Below are positions 9,416 to 18,347 of a stretch of DNA of 64,000 bases, piece after piece. This DNA is from Oscillospiraceae bacterium. GTDB lineage: Bacteria; Bacillota; Clostridia; Oscillospirales; Oscillospiraceae. Numbering within the stretch: position 1 is the stretch's first letter; each line of letters starts with the position of its first letter. Both the position numbers and the translations under genes were made by a program. The notes below the pieces were generated by a model. That model did not search any database. It was given only the letters and a program-made list of their open reading frames with translations, and was not told the origin of the DNA. The DNA lies in the NCBI GenBank assembly GCA_902775105.1, contig CACYLC010000003.1, positions 9,586 to 73,585 of the forward strand, read 5' to 3'.

Positions 9416-10555
9416 TCATTTTTGTCCATCGTCCTTCTGACTCAGGCGCACATCGACCTTGACCTCCCGTCTTTTGTGGCCTTCTCCCCGTGTGACCGCT
9501 CTGCGATGGCGATAAAACCGGTAAGCCGCAAAGCCGAATACGATGACCGCAACCACCAGCGGAAGCCAGCGAACGCCGTCCGTTGTGCTGAGCAGCACCG
9601 CCACCAGGCCAAGGATGCCGGAGATGATATAGAGCACTGCCACCGTCTGCTGTTTGGTAAGGCCCATGTCCAGCAGGCGGTAGTGGACGTGCTTCCGATC
9701 CGCCTTCATGGGGCTTTCACCATGGCTGACCCGGGAGATGACGGCAAAGCAGACGTCAAAAATAGGCAACCCCAGCATGCAAAACGGCACAGCGAAGGAG
9801 ATAAGAGCATAGATCTTAAACAGGCCCTGAATGGACGCCACCGCCAGAATAAAACCGATGAAGGTGGAGCCGGTATCTCCCATAAAAATGCGGGCAGGAC
9901 TGATATTATAGGGCAGAAACCCGATGCAGCTCCCGGCCAGAGCGCTGCAAATCACCGCCACCGTCATATCTGAGTAGCCCAGCGCCACCACCAGAAGGCA
10001 CACGGAGGAAATGGCAGAGACGCCCGCCGCCAGACCGTCCAGACCGTCGATCAGGTTCACCGCATTGGTGATAAGGACGATCCAAAGTACCGTCGCCGGC
10101 ACGGAGAAGACGCCCAGATTCAGGTGTCCGCTCTCTGCGATCCAGGCCGGTGCGCTAAGATAACGGATAATGCTGCCGCCGGACACTGCCACCACTGCGG
10201 CCACGATCTGAAAAAACAGCTTTACCCCGGCCGGCAGGTTTCGGACATCATCCACCATCCCGAGGACAACAATGATGAGTGCTCCGGCCAGCATGGTGGT
10301 GAGCTGGGAATTGAATTGTACAAAGATGGCCATGGAGACGCAGAAACCCAGGAAAATCGCCAGACCGCCCATACGAGGGGTGGGCTGGGTGTGAAGATGC
10401 CGCTCGCTGTCGGTTCCAGCCTTGCCGGGCATATCGATTGCGCCCAGTCGAATGGCCAGCCGACGCACCAGAGGCATGACCACCATCGTCACAAGCAGCG
10501 CCGTAATCAGCGCCGCCACCACGATCGCCAGAGATTGGTAATTGATCAGCTTCAT
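9416..10555 (-). CDS. glycosyltransferase family 4 (MraY/WecA/TagO-type undecaprenyl-phosphate sugar-1-P transferase)
   Basis: 379 aa, about 10 TM, with motifs NAVNLIDGLDGLA and IFMGDTGSTFIGF. Confidence 0.9.
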   Translation of the reverse strand: MKLINYQSLAIVVAALITALLVTMVVMPLVRRLAIRLGAIDMPGKAGTDSERHLHTQPTPRMGGLAIFLGFCVSMAIFVQFNSQLTTMLAGALIIVVLGMVDDVRNLPAGVKLFFQIVAAVVAVSGGSIIRYLSAPAWIAESGHLNLGVFSVPATVLWIVLITNAVNLIDGLDGLAAGVSAISSVCLLVVALGYSDMTVAVICSALAGSCIGFLPYNISPARIFMGDTGSTFIGFILAVASIQGLFKIYALISFAVPFCMLGLPIFDVCFAVISRVSHGESPMKADRKHVHYRLLDMGLTKQQTVAVLYIISGILGLVAVLLSTTDGVRWLPLVVAVIVFGFAAYRFYRHRRAVTRGEGHKRREVKVDVRLSQKDDGQK

Positions 10556-10594
10556 GTTATGAGATCATACTCCCTTTTGTCAGAGACCTGACGA

Positions 10595-11593
10595 TCAGCG
10601 GGGGATAAAGCCCACCTTCTTGTAGACCTTACGCAGGGTCTTGGAGGCGATATAGCTGGCCTTCTCGGCGCCGGAACGATAGACCTGCTCCAGATATGCC
10701 TTGTCTTTTAAGAGACGGTCTGTCTCCTCCCGGATGGGGCGGCACATCTCGATGACGGCGTCACCCACCGCCTTTTTGAACACGCCATAGCCCTGTCCGG
10801 AAAACTCCGCCTCGATCTCCCCGTAGCTCTGGCCGGTGGAGCAGGAATAGATCTGCATCAGGTTGGAGATGCCCGGCTTCTGCTCCGGGTCAAACCGAAC
10901 GCTCATCTCACTATCGGTGACCGCCCGCTTAAACTTCCGGGCAACGTCCTCCGGCTTTTCCAACAGATAGACGCAGCCGTTGGGATCCTGATCGGACTTG
11001 GACATCTTGTTCTCGGGACTCGACAGGCTCATGACCCGGGCACCCACCTTGGGAATGTAAGGCTGGGGTACCTTAAACACATCACCGTAAATGCCGTTAA
11101 AACGCTCGGCAATGTCCCGGCACAGCTCTACGTGCTGCTTCTGGTCGTCGCCCACCGGCACAAAGTCGGGCTGATAGATCAGAATATCCGCCGCCATCAG
11201 CACCGGGTAGTCAAAGAGTCCGGCGTTGATGTTCTCGGCGTGCTGGGCGCTCTTGGCCTTGAACTGGGTCATGCGGGTCAGCTCGCCGTACATGGTGTAG
11301 CAGTTGAGCACCCAACTGAGCTGGGCGTGCTCCGGCACATGACTCTGGATAAACAGGGTGTTTTTCTCCGGGTCGAGGCCGCAGGCGATATAGGCCGCCA
11401 GCTGGGTCAGCGTCCGCCGGCGAAGGTCAGCCGGGTTCTGCCGGACGGTGATGGTGTGCATATCGGCCATAAAATAATAGCAATCAAACTGCTCTGCCCG
11501 TTCCGCCCAGTTGCGGATGGCACCCAAATAAGAGCCGAGAGTCAGCTCGCCGCTGGGCTGGATGCCGGAGAGCATCACTTGCTTCTGTTCCAT
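10595..11593 (-). CDS. trpS: tryptophan--tRNA ligase
   Basis: Class I aaRS with SGIQPSGELTLGSYLG and the KMSKS loop (NKMSKSD). Start moved to ATG 11593 (MEQKQVMLSG). Confidence 0.93.
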   Translation of the reverse strand: MEQKQVMLSGIQPSGELTLGSYLGAIRNWAERAEQFDCYYFMADMHTITVRQNPADLRRRTLTQLAAYIACGLDPEKNTLFIQSHVPEHAQLSWVLNCYTMYGELTRMTQFKAKSAQHAENINAGLFDYPVLMAADILIYQPDFVPVGDDQKQHVELCRDIAERFNGIYGDVFKVPQPYIPKVGARVMSLSSPENKMSKSDQDPNGCVYLLEKPEDVARKFKRAVTDSEMSVRFDPEQKPGISNLMQIYSCSTGQSYGEIEAEFSGQGYGVFKKAVGDAVIEMCRPIREETDRLLKDKAYLEQVYRSGAEKASYIASKTLRKVYKKVGFIPR

Positions 11594-11655
11594 GTAAGAC
11601 ACGTCCTTTTCACACGAGCACAGTGCGTCCCGTAACAAATATCAATTCAGGCTGA

Positions 11656-11684
11656 ATTATACCACAAGATTTCGTCTTTCGCAA
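11656..11684 (-). promoter_or_regulatory. sigma-A type promoter of trpS (TTGCGA-17-TGgTATAAT)
   Basis: The minus strand reads ttgcga aagacgaaatcttgtgg tataat, with an extended -10 TG. It lies about 60 nt upstream of the ATG. Confidence 0.55.
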
Positions 11685-11882
11685 TCAGGCCGATGACAAA
11701 ATATAGTAAAACCTGTCCAAAAAAGCGCCCCGCCTGTCAATGTCAATTTTACCCAAATCCTACGCCTCTTTAGACGGCGAATTCTGCCCATTCCGACGAC
11801 GTAGAAAATAGACCATCGTACTTGACAAAGGCGCCGTTTTCTGCCTCATAACAATCCCCCGCAACTGAGGTTGACAACAGAG

Positions 11883-11912
11883 TTATCCACATTGTCCACA
11901 GGGTTTTGCACA
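11883..11912 (+). promoter_or_regulatory. three tandem DnaA-box-like 9-mers
   Basis: TTATCCACA (11883-11891, perfect consensus), TTGTCCACA (11892-11900, 1 mismatch) and TTTTGCACA (11904-11912, 2 mismatches), all in the same orientation, inside a 373-bp non-coding gap. Confidence 0.5.
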
Positions 11913-12011
11913 GGCTGAGTCCAGTATTTACAACGGGTTTGCGCCGAATCCGACGTTGTCATTTTCTGTTATCATTGAAACAATTATGTAAATCTTCTGT
12001 TGACATAATCG

Positions 12012-13019
12012 TCACTTGTCGATTTTACGGCTGGCATAACCGTTGAGAGAGGCGTCCGCGGTGTTGCCCGCCAGAAATTCGTAGTAGGCCTGGGAGCCGA
12101 TCATAGCTCCGTTGTCGCCGCAGAGTTTTAGTTCGGGCAGATAGAGCTGATACCCTGCTTCCCGGCAGGCTTTCTCCAAGTCTCCCCGGATGCGGCTGTT
12201 GGCGGAGACGCCCCCCGCGGCGGCAATTTTCGTGCGGCCGGTCTGCTTAGCGGCCTCCATCACTCTCGGCACCAGCTCGTCGCTGACCGCCTGCCCGAAG
12301 GAGGCAGCAAAGGCGGGCAAGTCAAGCGTCTCCCCTTTCTGCTCGGCATTGTGAATGGTGTTCAGCGCCGCCGTTTTCAGGCCGGAGAAGGACATGTCCA
12401 GCGGTGCGCCGTCCACCTTGGAGCGGGGCAAGGGGTACTTTGTGGCGTCTCCCCCCTGTGCCAGCCGATCCATCGGCCCGCCGCCGGGATAGCCGATGCC
12501 CAGCACACGGGCAACTTTATCAAAGCACTCCCCCGCCGCATCGTCTCTGGTCGCACCCAACAACTCCATCTCCGTATAGTCTTTCACGTCCACGATCATG
12601 GTGTTGCCGCCGGAGACGCAGAGGCAGAGGAAGGGCGGTTCTAAATCGGGGTGGGTGATATAATTTGCCGCAATATGCCCCCGGATGTGGTGGACGGGAA
12701 TGAGGGGGACGTTTAAGCCGTAGGCCACGCTCTTGGCGAAGTTGACGCCCACCAGTACCGCCCCGATGAGGCCGGGAGCGTAGGTACAGGCCACGGCGTC
12801 GATGTCAGAACGGGTCAGTCCCGCCTGCTCCAATGCCTGATCCGCCATGAGGGCGATGGCCTCCAGATGCTTGCGGGAGGCAATCTCCGGCACAACGCCG
12901 CCGTAGATGGTGTGCATCTCAATCTGGGAGGCGATGGCGTCAGCCAAAACCTCCCGGCCGTCCCGGACAAGGGCGACGGCGGTCTCGTCACAGGAGGATT
13001 CGACGGAAAGGATAATCAT
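12012..13019 (-). CDS. tsaD: tRNA N6-adenosine threonylcarbamoyltransferase
   Basis: 335 aa with ILSVESSCDETAVALV and the metal-binding HHIRGHI motif. Confidence 0.95.
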   Translation of the reverse strand: MIILSVESSCDETAVALVRDGREVLADAIASQIEMHTIYGGVVPEIASRKHLEAIALMADQALEQAGLTRSDIDAVACTYAPGLIGAVLVGVNFAKSVAYGLNVPLIPVHHIRGHIAANYITHPDLEPPFLCLCVSGGNTMIVDVKDYTEMELLGATRDDAAGECFDKVARVLGIGYPGGGPMDRLAQGGDATKYPLPRSKVDGAPLDMSFSGLKTAALNTIHNAEQKGETLDLPAFAASFGQAVSDELVPRVMEAAKQTGRTKIAAAGGVSANSRIRGDLEKACREAGYQLYLPELKLCGDNGAMIGSQAYYEFLAGNTADASLNGYASRKIDK

Positions 13020-13486
13020 TGGGCGTTCCCCTCTTTACGGATTTTCCGGCGTCCCACTTCCTCGAAGCCGAATTTGTGATAGAGCGCACGGGCGGCGAGG
13101 TTGGTGTCCCGCACTTCTAAGGTCAGGAAGGCCAGATTTTGCGCCTTGGCAAAACGGAGAAAGACACCCAAAAGGTCGGAGCCTAAGCCCATCCGGCGGT
13201 ATTTTCGGGCAACGGCAATATTGTTGATGTAGCCCTCGTCCAGCACCACGGTGATGCCGGCGTAGCCCAGCACCTCCCGGTCTTCCGTGACCGCCACGAT
13301 GCAGGTGGAGTTCATGCTCTCCAGCTCCTCGGTGAGCATCTCCTCCGTCCACGGGACGGAGAAGCAGGCACGCTCCAGGGCGGCGATCTGGGGGATGAGG
13401 CCCCGATCCATGGGGGCGAGCTTATAGGGGATCGGCTGGGTGGGCTGGGCCGGGACGGAGCCGATGGTGGGGGTGAAGTTGGTCAT
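13016..13486 (-). CDS. rimI: ribosomal-protein-alanine N-acetyltransferase (GNAT)
   Basis: 156 aa with acetyl-CoA site RKYRRMGLGSDLL. Its stop overlaps the tsaD start by 4 nt, the usual rimI-tsaD pairing. Confidence 0.85.
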   Translation of the reverse strand: MTNFTPTIGSVPAQPTQPIPYKLAPMDRGLIPQIAALERACFSVPWTEEMLTEELESMNSTCIVAVTEDREVLGYAGITVVLDEGYINNIAVARKYRRMGLGSDLLGVFLRFAKAQNLAFLTLEVRDTNLAARALYHKFGFEEVGRRKIRKEGNAQ

Positions 13487-13518
13487 GGTGGTTTTCTCCT
13501 TACCAGCAAAGTGATAAA

Positions 13519-13716
13519 CTATTCGTCATTTTTCTTTGTGGGCTTCTTCATATCAACAAACGCCTTGCAAAGCCATCCGATACCTACACAAAGAAAGATC
13601 ATCCCCAAATACATTTTACCTCCGATCAAATTGGCGATTGCAATGAGACAATTTGCAACCGCTACAACCAGGTAGCCAATGAAATAGGTTTTATTGCTAT
13701 TTTTATTCTGGTTCAT
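13519..13716 (-). CDS. hypothetical 65-aa two-TM membrane protein, AT-rich gene
   Basis: MNQNKNSNKTYFIGYLVVAVANCLIAIANLIGGKMYLGMIFLCVGIGWLCKAFVDMKKPTKKNDE. Two hydrophobic helices with Lys-rich ends. The local GC is visibly far below that of its neighbours. Confidence 0.5.
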   Translation of the reverse strand: MNQNKNSNKTYFIGYLVVAVANCLIAIANLIGGKMYLGMIFLCVGIGWLCKAFVDMKKPTKKNDE

Positions 13717-13803
13717 AATTAGACTTCCTTTTCTCTGTTCATCTCAATACATATCCGCCCAGCTATGCCCCACTTTTGCCTCCGGTAGTGGGATCACCTG
13801 AAC

Positions 13804-14028
13804 TCAATCGCTGAACCCGCCCCGGAGCACCTTTCCCGTATTCCAGAGCTCCGCCACCTTGCGGGCGGCCTCGGGGCGTTCCTCCTGGGTTCTGTATTCC
13901 AGAGAGGCCGTCTGTGCGCCGCAGTCGGCGCAGACCACATACCAGCACCAGCCGTTCTCCTCCTCCAGCATGGCGGCTCCCCCGCAGCAGGGGCAGTCCT
14001 GCAATTCGATCTCTTCGTGGATGTTCAT
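13804..14028 (-). CDS. Lar-family (restriction-alleviation-like) zinc-ribbon protein, 74 aa
   Basis: MNIHEEIELQDCPCCGGAAMLEEENGWCWYVVCADCGAQTASLEYRTQEERPEAARKVAELWNTG. CPCCGG...C..CG plus A...WN is the Lar_restr_allev pattern. Start moved from 14160 to 14028, because the longer ORF runs into the polA 3' end. Confidence 0.6.
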   Translation of the reverse strand: MNIHEEIELQDCPCCGGAAMLEEENGWCWYVVCADCGAQTASLEYRTQEERPEAARKVAELWNTGKVLRGGFSD

Positions 14029-14059
14029 CGTTTCATTTCTCCAATCAATGATGTGACTT

Positions 14060-16714
14060 TTAATGCGCATCCGCCCAAGCTTTTCCTGCTTTCGCCTCTG
14101 CCAGCAGGGGGACGGTGAGGGAGACGACATGCTCCATCTCCTCCTCCAGCAGCTTGGCAATCTGTTCGCCCTCGGCCTCGGGGCACTCCACGATCAACTC
14201 GTCATGGACTTGCAGGACAAGCCGACCCTGTAAGCCCTCCGTCTTAAGCCGGTTCTGGACTTTGATCATGGCCAGCTTGATGATGTCGGCGGCGGTACCC
14301 TGAATGGGCATATTCAGCGCCACCCGCTCGCCGAAGGAGCGGAGGTTGAAGTTGCTGCTTTTCAGCTCCGGGAGCCACCGGCGGCGGCCGAACTCGGTGG
14401 ACACATACCCGTCCTCCTTGGCCTTGGCCACCACGTTCTTCTGATAGTCCCGGATGCCGGAGTACTTGGCGAAGTACCGTTCCATATACTCCTTGGCCTC
14501 CCAGTTGGCCACACCGATGTCCTGCGCCAGCGAGAAGGCGGAGATGCCGTAGACGATGCCGAAGTTCACCGCCTTGGCAGAGGAGCGCATCTGTTTGGTC
14601 ACTTCCTCCTGAGGCACGCCAAAGACCTGCGCCGCCGTGGCGGCGTGGATGTCCGCCCCGGTTTTGAAGCCTTCGGTCATCGCCTCATCGTGGGCGATGT
14701 GGGCGAGGAGCCGCAATTCGATCTGGGAGTAGTCGGCGTCTACCAGCACGTTGCCGGGGGCTGCCATGAACATCTTCCGCATCTCGGCTCCAAGCGGGGT
14801 GCGGACGGGGATGTTCTGCAAGTTCGGCTCCACGGAGGAGAGCCGTCCCGTGGCGGTGACGGTGTTCTGAAAGCTGGTGTGGATCCTGCCGTCCGCCCCG
14901 ATCACCTTGGTCAGCCCGTCCACATAGGTGGATTTCAGCTTTGTCAGTTGGCGGTAATCCAGAATCTGCCCGATGATGGGGTGATAGGGCTTCAATTTCT
15001 CCAGCACCTCGGCATTCGTGGAATAGCCCCGTTTGGTCTTTTTCAGGATCGGTAGGTTCAAGTCCTCAAAGAGGACGACCCCCAACTGCTGGGTGGAGTT
15101 GATGTTAAATTCCTTCCCCGCCAGCTCGTAAATGGCCTTCTGCGCCCTGTCGATGTTCTCCGAGAGCATCTCACCGAAGGACACCAGCGCCTTTTTGTCC
15201 ACCAGCACCCCCGCCTGCTCCATCTCCGCCAGCACCGGGCAGAGGGGCAGGTCAATATCCGTCAGCACGTTTAACAGGCCGTACTGCTCCAAAAGGGGCT
15301 TGAAATGCTCATAAAGCGCCTCGATCCATGCGTTGTCCTCGTACCACGCCGTCTGCGCCTTTAGATCGTCGGAGAGGGCAGTAAAGGCATCCTCCGCCTT
15401 GTAGTCGGCGCTCTGCTCCCGCTCCGCTTTGAAGTAGCGGAGGGTCAGCTTATCCAACTCATAGCTGCCCGCCGTGGGGTCGAGGAGGTAAGCGGCAAGC
15501 TCGGTGTCGAAGACAAATCCCTCCATCGGCAGTCCCTCGGCGACCAGCGCCTCGCAGATCGTCTTGACGCCGTGGGCGACCTTCTTCACGCCGCCGGAGA
15601 ACAGCCGCCGCAAAAAGGCGTTATAGTCCCCGTCATAGTGGCTCTGGCGCACGTCATAGAGCCAGCCCTGCCCGTCCGCATCCAGACTGACGGTGACACC
15701 GTCCAAGCTGGGGAGCGGCAAAATCGTCACATAGTCAGCCTTTTCCCACTTCGACCAGATGTCCGCCATCTGATTTTCCGAAAGCACGCTTACGCCTTCT
15801 ACCCGGAACTCCACCTCTTCCGTCTCTGCTGCGTCCCGCTGAGGCGGGGTCAGCCCAAAACGCTGGATCAGCTTGGCAAATTCCAGCTTAATAAAGAGGG
15901 CGTAGAGGGCATCGTTGTCCACCGGGCGGCGCAGGGCGTCCTCCGGCTGAAATTCAATGGGGGCGTCACAGCGGATGGTGGCAAGGTCATAGGACAGCTT
16001 TGCCATCTCCCGCCCTTCCTCCATCTTCTTTCGCATGGCGGGCTTTAATTCCACATTCTCAAAGTCGGCGTAAATCGCCTCCATAGAGCCGTACTGCTGA
16101 ATGAGCCCCATGGCGGTCTTTTCGCCCACGCCCTTGACGCCGGGGATATTGTCAGAGCTGTCCCCCATCAGACTTTTCAGGTCGATCATGTGGATGGGAT
16201 CAAAGCCGTAGGCCTCCCGGAAGGAGTCCGGAGTCATATCCTTGGTGGTGGTCTGCCCCATCCGGGTGGAGACCAGCTTCACCTTGGTGTGGTCGGTGAT
16301 GAGCTGCAAAGAGTCCTTATCTCCGGTGACGATGGCGCAGTCCCAGCCCGCCTCCTCGCACTTGCGGGAGATGGTGCCTAAAAGGTCGTCCGCCTCCCAG
16401 CCCTCCAGTTCATAGCGGGGGATATTCATAGCGTCCAGCACCTCTTTGAGGACAGGCATCTGCACCGCCAGTTCTTCCGGCATACGGTGGCGGGTGGCCT
16501 TATAGCCGTCGTAGGCCTGATGGCGGAAGGTGGGGGCTTTCAGGTCAAACGTGACACAAAGGGCGTCCGGCTGCTCCTCGTCTGTAAGCCGCTGGAGAAT
16601 GGTCAAAAAGCCGTAAACAGCATTGGTATAAAGCCCATCCTGCGTACTGAGCAGTCGAATGCCGTAAAAGGCACGGTTGACAATCGAGTTGCCGTCCAGA
16701 ACCATCAATTTCAT
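14060..16714 (-). CDS. polA: DNA polymerase I
   Basis: 884 aa with a 5'-nuclease N-terminus, then DYSQIELRLLAH and QVHDELIVE polymerase motifs. Confidence 0.97.
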   Translation of the reverse strand: MKLMVLDGNSIVNRAFYGIRLLSTQDGLYTNAVYGFLTILQRLTDEEQPDALCVTFDLKAPTFRHQAYDGYKATRHRMPEELAVQMPVLKEVLDAMNIPRYELEGWEADDLLGTISRKCEEAGWDCAIVTGDKDSLQLITDHTKVKLVSTRMGQTTTKDMTPDSFREAYGFDPIHMIDLKSLMGDSSDNIPGVKGVGEKTAMGLIQQYGSMEAIYADFENVELKPAMRKKMEEGREMAKLSYDLATIRCDAPIEFQPEDALRRPVDNDALYALFIKLEFAKLIQRFGLTPPQRDAAETEEVEFRVEGVSVLSENQMADIWSKWEKADYVTILPLPSLDGVTVSLDADGQGWLYDVRQSHYDGDYNAFLRRLFSGGVKKVAHGVKTICEALVAEGLPMEGFVFDTELAAYLLDPTAGSYELDKLTLRYFKAEREQSADYKAEDAFTALSDDLKAQTAWYEDNAWIEALYEHFKPLLEQYGLLNVLTDIDLPLCPVLAEMEQAGVLVDKKALVSFGEMLSENIDRAQKAIYELAGKEFNINSTQQLGVVLFEDLNLPILKKTKRGYSTNAEVLEKLKPYHPIIGQILDYRQLTKLKSTYVDGLTKVIGADGRIHTSFQNTVTATGRLSSVEPNLQNIPVRTPLGAEMRKMFMAAPGNVLVDADYSQIELRLLAHIAHDEAMTEGFKTGADIHAATAAQVFGVPQEEVTKQMRSSAKAVNFGIVYGISAFSLAQDIGVANWEAKEYMERYFAKYSGIRDYQKNVVAKAKEDGYVSTEFGRRRWLPELKSSNFNLRSFGERVALNMPIQGTAADIIKLAMIKVQNRLKTEGLQGRLVLQVHDELIVECPEAEGEQIAKLLEEEMEHVVSLTVPLLAEAKAGKAWADAH

Positions 16715-16902
16715 GGTGGTATCCCCTTTTCTTTGAGAGATATACAGATAGATTCATTATACCACTCTTTGCCGGAAAAGGCCACTCCTTACTGTGATTT
16801 CACTTGTCTCTCCAGACAATCCCACAAACCCAAAATATACCTTGACAACCTGAATACAATGTGTTACAATTCGGTAACAGTTAGTTTTTAGGAGGTAACA
16901 AA

Positions 16903-17199
16903 ATGGCTGAACAGACAAAGCTCCCTCTGGAATACAAGGGCTACCCTCTCATCCGCAAGGACAATGTGATCTACTACGGCAACATGTCCGATCCCTATAT
17001 CATCCTGCTCCAGGTGACAAGCAGCATCCCCGTTGACACCGACATTACCATGGCGACCAAGGTCTCCATCCAGCTTCAGAACACCGATCCCAATCTGCGG
17101 AACCGTGACAAGGTGGTACGCAGCAGCGAGAAGAACAGCCTGTATGCCGCCATGGACCTGGCCAACGTCTGGCTGACAAGGGCGTTGTCATCCCGTTAA
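16903..17199 (+). CDS. hypothetical protein (98 aa)
   Basis: Strong RBS (taGGAGGtaacaaa ATG) and ordinary globular composition. No family recognised. Confidence 0.6.
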   Translation: MAEQTKLPLEYKGYPLIRKDNVIYYGNMSDPYIILLQVTSSIPVDTDITMATKVSIQLQNTDPNLRNRDKVVRSSEKNSLYAAMDLANVWLTRALSSR

Positions 17200-17239
17200 C
17201 GATTTCCCGTTATTCCGCTTAACACTTTACGGAGGTCTT

Positions 17240-18274
17240 ATGTTTCCTGTACGAAAGCTCTTCACGCGACTTCTGCTGACCGCCGGTACCGTGGCGCTCT
17301 GTGCCACTGCCGCCTTTGCAGTTGAAGATTCCTCTGTCCCCTATCGGGCCATCGTTATGACAGATTCCGCCGTGCTGCTGGAGTCCGCTGATGCTGGGGC
17401 AGAGACCGTCGCCACGTTGGTGCAGGGCGATACGCTGGTGCTGCTCTCCAACGAGAGCGCCGGTCTGCAGCCTGCCGCCTGGGAGGACGGAGAAGAAGTC
17501 TATACCGGCTATGTGGACATGAGCACAGTTAAGGCTCAGTCTCTGGGCACGGCCGCCGTCCTGTCCGACGATGCCGATCTTCTCCGTGCAGCCGACAGTG
17601 ATTCCTCCGTTCTTACCACGCTGAGTCAGGGAGACAGCTTCCAGATTCTGGGCTACGACGACAGCTGGTATTTTGTTCGCGCAAACGGCAAGGAGGGCTT
17701 TCTCTCTATTGGTGCGGTAGACGCCGATGTGACCACCACCAGCAAACTGAACCTGCGCTCCGAGCCTACTAAGGAGGGCGAGATTTTGGATGTGGTGCCC
17801 AAAGATACCGACCTCTCCCCCGACGGCTCTGACGGCGAGTGGCTGGAGGTGTCCTACGAGGGACAGACAGGCTACGTTTCCGGCGACTACGTAAAAGCCC
17901 AGGAACAGTACATCGTGGACGCCCCTTCTATGTCGGATGGCGAAGCGGTCGTCGCCTATGCAGAGCAGTTTTTGGGCAACCGTTACGTCTGGGGCGGCAC
18001 CAGCCTGACCAACGGCTGTGACTGCTCCGGCTACGTGATGCAGGTCTATGCCAACTTCGGCGTCAGCCTGCCTCACAGCTCTGCCAGTATCCGCAGCTAC
18101 GGCACCAAGGTATCCTATGACGAGATGCAGCCCGGCGACGTGGTCTGTTACAGCGGCCACGTGGGAATTTACGCCGGCGACGGCCAGATCATCAACGCAC
18201 TGAACACACGCAAGGGAATTTGCTATACCAGTGTCAATTTTGCACCAATCGTGTCGATTCGCCGCCTGGTGTGA
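17240..18274 (+). CDS. secreted SH3b-repeat NlpC/P60 (C40) cell-wall endopeptidase
   Basis: Signal peptide LLLTAGTVALCATAAFA, SH3b-like repeats, catalytic Cys in NGCDCSGYVMQVY and His in YSGHVGIYAG. Confidence 0.9.
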   Translation: MFPVRKLFTRLLLTAGTVALCATAAFAVEDSSVPYRAIVMTDSAVLLESADAGAETVATLVQGDTLVLLSNESAGLQPAAWEDGEEVYTGYVDMSTVKAQSLGTAAVLSDDADLLRAADSDSSVLTTLSQGDSFQILGYDDSWYFVRANGKEGFLSIGAVDADVTTTSKLNLRSEPTKEGEILDVVPKDTDLSPDGSDGEWLEVSYEGQTGYVSGDYVKAQEQYIVDAPSMSDGEAVVAYAEQFLGNRYVWGGTSLTNGCDCSGYVMQVYANFGVSLPHSSASIRSYGTKVSYDEMQPGDVVCYSGHVGIYAGDGQIINALNTRKGICYTSVNFAPIVSIRRLV

Positions 18275-18295
18275 CGGAGAAATAAAACAAAAAAC

Positions 18296-18329
18296 GCCTG
18301 CGCCTTGGAATTTCAACCTTGGCGCAGGC
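18296..18329. terminator. hairpin between convergent NlpC/P60 and icd genes
   Basis: GCCTGCGCC (16-nt loop) GGCGCAGGC, with an A-run before and TTGTTTT after. Confidence 0.5.
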
Positions 18330-18347
18330 TTGTTTTCGCACTTGCCC

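Noticed and set aside
11594-11900. T-box riboswitch upstream of trpS
   Set aside because: I looked for the conserved T-box sequence (revcomp CGCGGTACCACCC-like on plus), a specifier-loop context and a terminator/antiterminator pair, and found none. The predicted promoter leaves only a ~60-nt leader.
11700-12011. Chromosomal origin (oriC)
   Set aside because: There are only three clustered DnaA boxes. No dnaA, dnaN or rpmH lies nearby, and the flanking genes are co-directional through the gap. It is kept as a DnaA-box cluster finding, not an origin call.
17219-18316. 365-aa minus-strand ORF
   Set aside because: It is antisense to the NlpC/P60 gene, which has a signal peptide and the catalytic Cys/His.
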